DNA of 50,113 nucleotides, taken from the NCBI GenBank assembly GCA_005788035.1, contig SXZI01000171.1, positions 1-50,113 of the forward strand, written 5' to 3'. The translations under genes and the position numbers were made by a program. The stretch is from Bacteroidota bacterium. Lineage in GTDB: Bacteria > Bacteroidota > Ignavibacteria > Kapaibacteriales > UBA961. This document shows positions 20,031 to 28,231 of this stretch, piece by piece; positions within the stretch are counted from its first letter, which is position 1; the number at the start of each line of letters is the position of its first letter. A model generated the notes under the pieces. The model was not told where the DNA came from and made no database searches. It saw only the letters and a program-made list of their open reading frames with translations.

Positions 20031-20841
20031 ATTGTTTTATGAAGGGAATCGATATTCGAAAATCTTCTGAAAATACTGATAGGATATAATGTCCTGAAGG
20101 TAAGAGAGGATGCAATCCATATAATCCTACAATATTCTTTCCTTGAAATTGATATCCGAGATCATTCTTTACTATGAATTGTCCTAAAGTATTAGATATC
20201 GTATAAGATACCTTTGCATTCGTTGGTAATTGGTATTCCAATACTGAATGCTCTTGAATCGGATTCGGAAATATGGAAACCAGGGAATGCTCGAACTCAT
20301 TTCCAATATCTGTAGTCGAAGAAACTGTTAATTGAATGGGTTGCATGTAATTCCATTCATCTCCGCTATCTCCGCCATTTCTATTGACTGCATTTCCAGT
20401 TGCCATTATAAAATAGGTTCCTTCCTGTGTTGGGGCAGTCCAGGTAAATGAAAATTCTGTTTTGCCATTCGTCATGTTTTTAGGAGATGACTGTACCAAT
20501 TCGGATTGTGATTTTTTCAATCCTTGTCCGGCAACAATTTCAAGGGTTCCAATATTAGTGCTTGAATTTGGTGCCGATTTCACACCGATATTGATACCTG
20601 CCGCTAATTTTGAGGGATGAGCAACCGCTGCGGTGAGTTCAAGTTTTGTACCTGGCTTTACAGTAAATGAACCTGACTTACTTATAATTGACACGGATGT
20701 CGCAGTTGAGGGAGAACCACCATGGCAATCACCACAACCACTTGAAGAAGCTAGTAATCGTCCAGTAATTCCACCGGGATATGCGTAAACATTGACAGAT
20801 ACTGCGACAATCAATGCACATAGTAGTGAAAAGTAAATCAT
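20029..20841 (-). CDS. secreted CxxCH-motif, Reeler-like (choice-of-anchor V-like) protein with T9SS C-terminal domain
   Basis: Signal peptide, YPGGITG...GCGDCHG, FSFTWTAP..GT...ATGNAVNRNG..SGD.WN, IFPNP...GHYIL C-terminal domain; AAGGAG RBS. Confidence 0.75.
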   Translation of the reverse strand: MIYFSLLCALIVAVSVNVYAYPGGITGRLLASSSGCGDCHGGSPSTATSVSIISKSGSFTVKPGTKLELTAAVAHPSKLAAGINIGVKSAPNSSTNIGTLEIVAGQGLKKSQSELVQSSPKNMTNGKTEFSFTWTAPTQEGTYFIMATGNAVNRNGGDSGDEWNYMQPIQLTVSSTTDIGNEFEHSLVSIFPNPIQEHSVLEYQLPTNAKVSYTISNTLGQFIVKNDLGYQFQGKNIVGLYGLHPLLPSGHYILSVFSEDFRISIPFIKQ

Positions 20842-20856
20842 GATACTCCTTGAGAA

Positions 20857-21504
20857 TTAATGAGAGCTATTTCCAAATAGTTTAATGTCTAGGTCGATAT
20901 TTTCACCCACTTTGCTTCCTATGATATCACTTTTCCCAAGAACATTGAAATCTTTGAGTGACACAGAAAAATCGGCATCAACCATTACAAGATCACCTTC
21001 AGCCCTTTTCTTAGTTGTTTCTGATTCAAATACATACTTTACATAGATTTTTGCTTTCGCGCTTTTAGCCACGCCTTTTAAAGTACAAAGTCCTTCGGCA
21101 ATTGCGGAAAATTCAATACCTGCAATATCTGCCTTCTTTATCGCAATCCCGGTGAATTTCTTAACATCGAATGTAATCATAGGGTATGTTTTTGAATCAA
21201 GCCAGTCCTTTCCATACATGTGATCATCGCGTTTGGAGAGACCTGTTTTCATGGAATTGACAGGGAAAGATATTTGTCCGGTGCTTTGCTCTAACTGATC
21301 GGCAACAAGTGTAAAGGATCCTTGTAATGATTGAGAATTTCCTTCGAACTTTTCAAAAGGGGAATTACTGTAAAACTTGACGATTGAAGAACCAACAGCT
21401 TTATTGAGCGTGACAAGCTTTTTTCCTTTCACATTTCCCAATTGAGTCGCATATACATTGAGTGTTGTGAAAATGAAGGCGTATAATACGATGAGTGATT
21501 TCAT
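20857..21504 (-). CDS. YceI family periplasmic lipid/polyisoprenoid-binding protein
   Basis: Signal peptide, SMKTGLSKRDDHM..WLDSKTYP.ITF, G..TLKGV.K, VSLKDF.V. Confidence 0.88.
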   Translation of the reverse strand: MKSLIVLYAFIFTTLNVYATQLGNVKGKKLVTLNKAVGSSIVKFYSNSPFEKFEGNSQSLQGSFTLVADQLEQSTGQISFPVNSMKTGLSKRDDHMYGKDWLDSKTYPMITFDVKKFTGIAIKKADIAGIEFSAIAEGLCTLKGVAKSAKAKIYVKYVFESETTKKRAEGDLVMVDADFSVSLKDFNVLGKSDIIGSKVGENIDLDIKLFGNSSH

Positions 21505-21806
21505 AATGATGCTTTTGAGGATTTGGAAATATTACGTTGGGCAATTGCTAATGCAAATATGGTAACTACCAAGTAGAATGATAGTGATCTATATGGTTGA
21601 AGGGGATCATCAGGTAATAGACCAAATTGAAAATCTTCAACCCATTCGCGTTTTTCAATTGTTGTGCCGAAGATTTCGTCTTGTTGAATGGTTATTTTTT
21701 CTGATTTATCTTTGGTAAAAACCTGAAATCCGTCTTTTACCCATAATCCGGTAAGTGAAAGGGTCACAATGAATAGACATATTTGCAATATTCGCCAGCC
21801 GGTCAT
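21501..21806 (-). CDS. hypothetical small membrane protein (2 TM)
   Basis: Two hydrophobic stretches flanking a DEIFGT...EW...FGL loop; GGAG RBS; ATGA overlap with yceI. Confidence 0.7.
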   Translation of the reverse strand: MTGWRILQICLFIVTLSLTGLWVKDGFQVFTKDKSEKITIQQDEIFGTTIEKREWVEDFQFGLLPDDPLQPYRSLSFYLVVTIFALAIAQRNISKSSKASL

Positions 21807-21863
21807 ATTTGATCTCCAATGTTGACAATGACAGAAATGCTATTAGAAAGTTACACAAGTACT

Positions 21864-22703
21864 TTACGATAATATGTCTTTTTTAGTAATCACAAAGAGA
21901 GAAACAAAAAGGGATGCTATTGAATGCCCGCCTAATACCCACGTTGAAAGAAGAATTCTGTCGACAGGTACTGTTTCTTCGAAAAACAATCTCCAAGAGA
22001 TCAGATGATTGGTGAAAAGCAAGTATTTGACATCTTTTATGAACCCCGCATCCAAAGCAGATATGATTGTAAAAACAATGATGATTGCCATTGTCATGGC
22101 AATAGGACCAATCGAATTTTCCACCAAAGCTGAAAACATAAATGCAATTGAAGCAACTGTTGACATGCTCAATATTCCAAAGAGATAGGCATAGCCGAAT
22201 CTCCATAAAATATCATCCTTTTGTAATACAGTGATTGAGCTTGATACGATAAATAACTCCCCGGAACCAAAGATTAAAAGGCTCATACCCATAGACAATA
22301 ATGACATCCAGGCTATGAGTCCTATCGTGTATAATAATGCAGCACTATACTTGGCAAGAACGACTGTATGTCTCGAAACAGGTCTTGTGAACAATAATCT
22401 ATAAGTGCCACCCGTGGCTTCTCCAGCCAACATGTCTCCAGCAACAAGCGTTACCAATAAAGGTACATGTACCAGTAAACTTTGTAATACAACGAAAGCA
22501 ATCAAATAGCCATTGAGGAATGTACCTGTGAAACTGAACTGTTGTTGCAACCCTTGGGTGAATAAGCTAAAATAGGCTTCGCCTTCACTATACATGGCTG
22601 CTTGAACAATTGGAACAAGAATAGTAATGGCGCCAAAGCCGATATATGACCTTCCCTTTGAGAAGATTTTTGACAATTCAATTGATAATACTGTGAAAAA
22701 CAT
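21864..22703 (-). CDS. ABC-2 type transporter permease
   Basis: About 6 TM segments, AGEATGGTYRLLFTRPVSR..VVLAK. Confidence 0.88.
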   Translation of the reverse strand: MFFTVLSIELSKIFSKGRSYIGFGAITILVPIVQAAMYSEGEAYFSLFTQGLQQQFSFTGTFLNGYLIAFVVLQSLLVHVPLLVTLVAGDMLAGEATGGTYRLLFTRPVSRHTVVLAKYSAALLYTIGLIAWMSLLSMGMSLLIFGSGELFIVSSSITVLQKDDILWRFGYAYLFGILSMSTVASIAFMFSALVENSIGPIAMTMAIIIVFTIISALDAGFIKDVKYLLFTNHLISWRLFFEETVPVDRILLSTWVLGGHSIASLFVSLFVITKKDILS

Positions 22704-23620
22704 TAGGATCTCGTGATTGATAAGAAGTACTCTTCAAGGGATCGTGTTGAACTAATTCCGTCAATGCCAATACCATGGTCGACAAGGAAAGAAGTGCATT
22801 CGGCAATGCGTTCTTTGGATAATTTGATGTGGACATTGGAATCAGCCGAAAATCCCAATACAGATGATGCAAATTGAGATTCTTTAAGAACGGTTTTTGC
22901 CTTTTCAGCATCATCAATTGAAAAGTTGACAGTCAACATACCGGAATTCAATAATTCGCTAACGCTACCTTCAATTACAGCTGTCCCTTTATTGATGATT
23001 ACCATTCTATTCGCAATCAATTCAACTTCGGGTAGAATATGACTTGAAAGAAAAATTGTCTTTTGTTGCTCAGTTCGAAGTTTTAGAATGAGCTCACGTA
23101 TTTCCTTGACGCCGACAGGGTCTAATCCATTTGTGGGTTCATCAAGAACGATTAACTCCGGGTCATGAAGAAGGGCTTGAGCAATACCAAGTCTTTGTTT
23201 CATACCATAGGAAAATGTTTTGACTTTACTATTGGCTCTATCCAATAGTCCAACCTGATCCAATGATCTATGAATCTGTTTGGATGAAAGATCAATGGAA
23301 TTCAATTTACCGAGTATGCGTAAGTTTTCTTCTGCAGTGAGATATAGATAAAAATCAGGTTTTTCTACAATCGCACCAATCCCTGCAAGAATATGATTGC
23401 GATGCGTAGTAAGAGGTTTGCCAAATACTGAAATTGAGCCGGAAGTAGGGGTGATGAGAGACATCAACATTCGGATTGTTGTGCTTTTTCCTGCACCATT
23501 AGGACCCAAGAATCCATAAATATCCCCTTTATTGACAGTTAAATCTAAATTGTAGACAGCTTTGAATTGCCCGAATGACTTACACAATGAACGTATTTCA
23601 ATAATCGAGTTTCGATCCAT
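22703..23620 (-). CDS. ABC transporter ATP-binding protein (BcrA/multidrug-like)
   Basis: GPNGAGKST, FSYGMKQR, LDEPTNGLD, SSH; start placed at ATG 23620. Confidence 0.93.
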   Translation of the reverse strand: MDRNSIIEIRSLCKSFGQFKAVYNLDLTVNKGDIYGFLGPNGAGKSTTIRMLMSLITPTSGSISVFGKPLTTHRNHILAGIGAIVEKPDFYLYLTAEENLRILGKLNSIDLSSKQIHRSLDQVGLLDRANSKVKTFSYGMKQRLGIAQALLHDPELIVLDEPTNGLDPVGVKEIRELILKLRTEQQKTIFLSSHILPEVELIANRMVIINKGTAVIEGSVSELLNSGMLTVNFSIDDAEKAKTVLKESQFASSVLGFSADSNVHIKLSKERIAECTSFLVDHGIGIDGISSTRSLEEYFLSITRS

Positions 23621-23771
23621 GTAGCATTGTTCCAAGGGGAAAGGGTAAATATTGTAATTTTGTCAATGAAAGAGTAATTACTGACAAAAAGTTCCTTTTA
23701 TTGTAACTCATTTGTCTTCAAAACGTAATCGAAGTTGATGTAATAATTTCAAGATATACACAGGTAATACC

Positions 23772-25667
23772 ATGAACACCATTATCGTACCACCTCTTGG
23801 CTCAAAAAAACAATCATCAAATCGAAAATTAATGATGATTCTCGGAATAATCATTGGGCTTGGAATATTAACTGTATTTACCGTTGGAGTCTTTTTCGGT
23901 TCTGATGATACCGTTGATGTGGAAGAATATAGTGTATTGAAACTTACTTTGCCTGCCCAAGTCAGTGAATACGGTGTTAGTTCGAATATTTTCGATGATT
24001 CCACTCCACTTGGTTTTTATGAGATACTTGAAACAATTAGAAAAGCAGAAATCGATCCAAGAATTAAGGGCATGTATATTCCCATCGGTGAATCACAAAT
24101 GGGATTCGTTAAGCTGGAAGAAATGCTTGAAGCATTGAGATCTTTCAAAAGTAAGGGCAAATTCATCTATGCATATATGGAAACAGCAGGAAGAAGTGAT
24201 TATATGATGGTAAGTCTTGCTGATTCAATCTTCATGCCCAAAGAAGGGCTTGCTGAGCTTTCTGCACCTGGTGTTTCAGCATTGTTCTTCAAAAATCTTT
24301 TCGCAAAAATTGGTGTAACAATGTATGTTCAGCAATTCGAGGAATATAAATCTGCCGGCGAAACATTTTCCCAGGAACGTTTTACTCCACCTGCCAAAGA
24401 AGAATTAAATGTGATTATTCAATCACGAGCGAATAGAATGTATGAGCTTATTTCAAAGCAAAGAAAACTTCCATTGGAAAGAGTCAAAGCTGCATTTGAC
24501 GTGGGAACGTATACTGCCGATTCACTAAAGTCATACTCATTGATTGATGCTTATGCTCAGGAATGGGAAGTTAGAGACTTTATCAAAAAGAAAGTCGAAT
24601 CAATTCGCAAGAAAGAAACCTCGAAGACGGATACATTAGAGCGATTATCGCTCATCAATGTCCAAGACTATTCAAAAGCAGAATGCAAAGAATATGATCA
24701 GTCATTTGCAGAAGAATCATCTTCGATAGCAATTGTCAATGCAGTTGGAGGAATTCGTTCCGGTACATCGGGCAATGGAAATCCATTCGATCAGGGCGCA
24801 CAAGAGATTGCCTCAGGTTCATTGGTGAAAGATTTGAAAAGAGCATATGAGAATGAAAATGTAAAAGCGGTGATATTACGCATTGATAGTCCGGGAGGAT
24901 CTGTTATAGCTTCCGATGAAGTCTGGACATTGATTCAATCAATAAAGAAGAAAAAACCCATATATGCTTCCATGAGCGATGTTGCTGCTTCTGGTGGGTA
25001 TTATATTCCAATGGCTTGTGATACGATCATAGCCCATCCTCATACAATAACAGGTTCAATCGGTGTTATTGGAATGTTCCCAATTGTAAGTGAAGCAATG
25101 GCGAGAGTTGGTATTACCATTGATACAATTTCTACAGGTGCATCGTCTCAGGACATGAATCTTATGCTGCCAATGAATGAGGCAAGAAAAAAGAAATTAT
25201 ACGATCAGATGTATCCCATTTATCAGCGCTTTGTTTCCAAAGTTGCAAAAAGTAGAAACATGGAATATGAACAAGCACGTTCTGTTGCAAAAGGAAGAGT
25301 GTGGCTTGGAAATGATGCTCATCAAAGAAAGTTAATTGATACGTTGGGTGGATTGGAGCTTGCGGTTTCTTTAGCCAAAAAGAGAATAGGCATTCCAGCA
25401 GACAAAAGGGCCAGAATCATCTCTTATCCAAAGTCAAAAGATTTCCTTAGCGAATTATTATCATCGATGTCTGGAGATACAGGGGAAGATGAGAGTGCAT
25501 CGTTCAGGAATATAGTTGCAACGGTACTTGGCAATGGAAATGTTGAAGCGGTTATCCAAACAATGCCGACAGAATTAAAAGTCGGTCTAGCTAGCGCTTT
25601 CAGTGCATTTACCATGGCAAGAAAAGAGCAAGTTTTGGCACTAATGCCTTATATACCCCAATTTTGA
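23772..25667 (+). CDS. sppA: signal peptide peptidase SppA (protease IV, long form)
   Basis: N-terminal TM, EYKSAGE, RIDSPGGS, SMSDVAASGGY, TGSIGV, GRVW.G. Confidence 0.95.
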   Translation: MNTIIVPPLGSKKQSSNRKLMMILGIIIGLGILTVFTVGVFFGSDDTVDVEEYSVLKLTLPAQVSEYGVSSNIFDDSTPLGFYEILETIRKAEIDPRIKGMYIPIGESQMGFVKLEEMLEALRSFKSKGKFIYAYMETAGRSDYMMVSLADSIFMPKEGLAELSAPGVSALFFKNLFAKIGVTMYVQQFEEYKSAGETFSQERFTPPAKEELNVIIQSRANRMYELISKQRKLPLERVKAAFDVGTYTADSLKSYSLIDAYAQEWEVRDFIKKKVESIRKKETSKTDTLERLSLINVQDYSKAECKEYDQSFAEESSSIAIVNAVGGIRSGTSGNGNPFDQGAQEIASGSLVKDLKRAYENENVKAVILRIDSPGGSVIASDEVWTLIQSIKKKKPIYASMSDVAASGGYYIPMACDTIIAHPHTITGSIGVIGMFPIVSEAMARVGITIDTISTGASSQDMNLMLPMNEARKKKLYDQMYPIYQRFVSKVAKSRNMEYEQARSVAKGRVWLGNDAHQRKLIDTLGGLELAVSLAKKRIGIPADKRARIISYPKSKDFLSELLSSMSGDTGEDESASFRNIVATVLGNGNVEAVIQTMPTELKVGLASAFSAFTMARKEQVLALMPYIPQF

Positions 25668-25830
25668 TCGATTTGAAGGAATGCATGCACTAGAATAAAC
25701 AGATTTTATCATCAATATTCAAGAAGTATATTTTTGGTGAAATTTGTTGTTTATTGGTCTATTCGTTGTTTCTTTCGTAATTTAGTGGCTCAATTTCACC
25801 ATATTGTTCACTATTGTTATTGTGTGTGCA

Positions 25831-26184
25831 ATGACGAAAGCAGACATTGTCGAGCAGATATCGAATCAAACCGGTCTATCCAAAGTACAAACCAAAGCTG
25901 TATTCGAGGGAGTATTATCCTCAATTATGGGTATTTTGGCAAATGGCGGTCGCATAGAATTACGTGGCTTCGGTGTTTTTTCTGTTAAGAGTCGTAAATC
26001 AAGAATGGCAAGAAATCCAAGAACCGGTACTCCGGTGGCCTTGGATAAAAGATATGTACCTGTTTTTAAAGCATCTCCTGATTTTCAGGAACATGTTGAT
26101 GTTGTTTTGAAAGAGAAAGATCAAACTGGATCAGTATCTCCAAGCAATAAGAAAGCTTCAGGCACACGTTCAAAAAAAGGATGA
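25831..26184 (+). CDS. HU/IHF family DNA-binding protein with basic C-terminal tail
   Basis: MTKADIV, IELRGFGVF..K.RK.R.ARNPRTG, VPVFKAS; start moved to ATG 25831. Confidence 0.95.
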   Translation: MTKADIVEQISNQTGLSKVQTKAVFEGVLSSIMGILANGGRIELRGFGVFSVKSRKSRMARNPRTGTPVALDKRYVPVFKASPDFQEHVDVVLKEKDQTGSVSPSNKKASGTRSKKG

Positions 26185-26193
26185 AGCAGTTGA

Positions 26194-26673
26194 ATGAATG
26201 ACAATTTGAATCAACCAAAAGGTATTCGAGTCATGGTAGTCATAGCCATGGCTTCCATCATTGTCATCGGTTCAACATCATTTGCCATATCACGATATGT
26301 GATTGAACAGCAAAAACCCGGAAAAGAGGAAACGCTTCGATTGGCAAATGAAGCCTATGATAGAGGTGATTTTCAGCAATCCTCTTTTCTGTATGAGCGA
26401 TATATCAAAGAGTTCGACCCTTCAGATATCAGCGTATTGATAGATTTTGGGTATTCTCTTCATAATGTAGGAAAATCCCAAGAAGGCATTGATATGTTGA
26501 AGGGAGTCCTTAAGATGCAACCAAACAATGCTTTTGCACTTTTCAATATAGCCGTGATTTATTATCGCGATGGCAATGCCTTAAAAGCAAAAGAGTGGAT
26601 GAAACGCTGTATTGACAAGGGTGATAAACCCGAGATTGTAGAAAAAGCAAGATTGCTGTTTGAACAAATGTAA
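26194..26673 (+). CDS. membrane-anchored tetratricopeptide repeat protein
   Basis: N-terminal TM followed by about 3 TPR-like repeats (e.g. PNNAFALFNIAVIY). Confidence 0.8.
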   Translation: MNDNLNQPKGIRVMVVIAMASIIVIGSTSFAISRYVIEQQKPGKEETLRLANEAYDRGDFQQSSFLYERYIKEFDPSDISVLIDFGYSLHNVGKSQEGIDMLKGVLKMQPNNAFALFNIAVIYYRDGNALKAKEWMKRCIDKGDKPEIVEKARLLFEQM

Positions 26674-26719
26674 TTCGATCATAAATAAATAATTGTTCAC
26701 TAGTTTTAGAGAGGTTCCC

Positions 26720-26815
26720 ATGCCTTGCGGAAAAAAGCGTAAACGTCATAAAATGGCAACGCACAAGCGCAAAAAGCGTCTGCGTAAAAACCGTCATAAG
26801 AAGAAGAATCGGTAA
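26720..26815 (+). CDS. small basic ribosomal protein bS22/mS38-like (AURKAIP1/COX24 domain), 31 aa
   Basis: Hand translation MPCGKKRKRHKMATHKRKKRLRKNRHKKKNR; GAGAGG RBS; terminator directly after; below the ORF-track cutoff. Confidence 0.9.
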   Translation: MPCGKKRKRHKMATHKRKKRLRKNRHKKKNR

Positions 26816-26818
26816 GTG

Positions 26819-26849
26819 ATGGCGTATTCAATGAATACGCCATTTTTTT
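26819..26849 (+). terminator. intrinsic terminator after the bS22-like gene
   Basis: ATGGCGTATTCA-A-TGAATACGCCAT followed by a T run. Confidence 0.85.
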
Positions 26850-27624
26850 ATCCCTTTCGTGTATTTCTCTGCTGCATGGCAAGTAATTGTCCCACCTCAG
26901 ATAATATGCTCAGTTTGCCACCATAAGTTTCTCTCAGAATTGAATCATTGAGCACTTCATTGGTTTTGCCAAAGGCAATTTTCCTAAGATTGAGAAGTAG
27001 AGCATAATCGAAATGCTTTGAAACTGATAGTAGATCATGATGAATGACTACAAGCGTTTTTCCTGAAGATTTCATACTCTTTAATGTGTCCAAAATCATT
27101 TCTTCAGTTGCCGTATCAACTCCTGCAAATGGTTCATCCATCAAGAATATTTCAGCATCTTGCACCAAAGCTCTTGCAAGAAATACGCGTTGTTGTTGTC
27201 CGCCTGAAAGTTCGGAGATTTGTCTTTTGGCGAAAGATTCAAGCCCCACTTGTTCCAATGCGCCGGACACCAAATGATGATCTGACTGCCTAGGTCGCTT
27301 GAGTATGCCAATTGACTGATTCCTTCCCATCATCACAACTTGTTCAACTGTAATTGGGAAATCCCAGTCAACTGATTCTCTTTGTGGCATATAGCTCACT
27401 TTGGATCTAACTTCATTGATTGTTTTACCATTATAATGGGTAAATCCGCTTGCTGAAGGAATTAGCCCAAGCATTGCTTTCATTAATGTTGATTTGCCTG
27501 CTCCATTAGGACCTATAATTGCAGTCAATACACCTGAAGGTATATCACAATCCACACCCCATAATACCGGTTTGCGATTATAGCTTACTGTTAGATCGTG
27601 TATTTCAATTGCTGTATTTATCAT
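26848..27624 (-). CDS. Mn/Zn/Fe ABC transporter ATP-binding subunit (TroB/MntB/ZnuC-like)
   Basis: GPNGAGKST, YMPQRESVDWDFP, LSGGQQQRVFLARAL, DEPFAGVD, HHD; start moved to ATG 27624. Confidence 0.92.
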   Translation of the reverse strand: MINTAIEIHDLTVSYNRKPVLWGVDCDIPSGVLTAIIGPNGAGKSTLMKAMLGLIPSASGFTHYNGKTINEVRSKVSYMPQRESVDWDFPITVEQVVMMGRNQSIGILKRPRQSDHHLVSGALEQVGLESFAKRQISELSGGQQQRVFLARALVQDAEIFLMDEPFAGVDTATEEMILDTLKSMKSSGKTLVVIHHDLLSVSKHFDYALLLNLRKIAFGKTNEVLNDSILRETYGGKLSILSEVGQLLAMQQRNTRKG

Positions 27625-27625
27625 G

Positions 27626-28231
27626 TTAACCAAGAAATTTGTTTCGTTCTTTTTTTAATTCTTCGGAAAGTTTGAGCAATACTGGATGATTTGATGAATC
27701 TGCGAGGGGTAAATATAATTCTGTTGTTCTGTTCACATAAACCAAAGGGTTTCGTTTAAGATGAAAATCCAAACATCTAAAATTATCCAATCGAGCTGAT
27801 AACTTAATGATTAAACAGTCCATGGGTGACTTTTCCAATAAAGCAATATGAGCTCTTTCAATTGCGTCGGGATCATTCTTTTGTTCATCGAGATTTTTGG
27901 TTAATATCTGGACAATGAAAGCAGGATATTCTCCAAAATTATAAGCCAATACTTCCTGAGTCAAAGTTGGTGAATCTTCTAAAACATCATGAGTCAGTCC
28001 AGCAATCAATATATCCGGATCTTCTATGTTTAATTCCTTGATTAATATCTTGCAAACTCTGGCACAATGGAAAAAATATGGAGAATCATCATTTCTAACT
28101 TGCTCACGATGTACTTCCTCAGCCAAATCATAAGCGCTAATCACACGATGAATGTCGATTGGTTCCAGGAATTCTGTAAGATCTTTCTCGAGATCAAATC
28201 TATCATATGTTGAGTGATTATAGAGTATCAT
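27626..28231 (-). CDS. HD-domain protein, small RelA/SpoT-hydrolase (SAH/Mesh1-like) family
   Basis: AY..A...H..Q.R...PY..H, AGLTHDVLEDS, FG...LTK, KLSARLDN.R, T..LYLPLA. Confidence 0.82.
   Translation of the reverse strand: MILYNHSTYDRFDLEKDLTEFLEPIDIHRVISAYDLAEEVHREQVRNDDSPYFFHCARVCKILIKELNIEDPDILIAGLTHDVLEDSPTLTQEVLAYNFGEYPAFIVQILTKNLDEQKNDPDAIERAHIALLEKSPMDCLIIKLSARLDNFRCLDFHLKRNPLVYVNRTTELYLPLADSSNHPVLLKLSEELKKERNKFLG

Noticed and set aside
23708-24004. 98-aa minus-strand ORF over the sppA start
   Set aside because: Mostly antisense to sppA, with no motifs.
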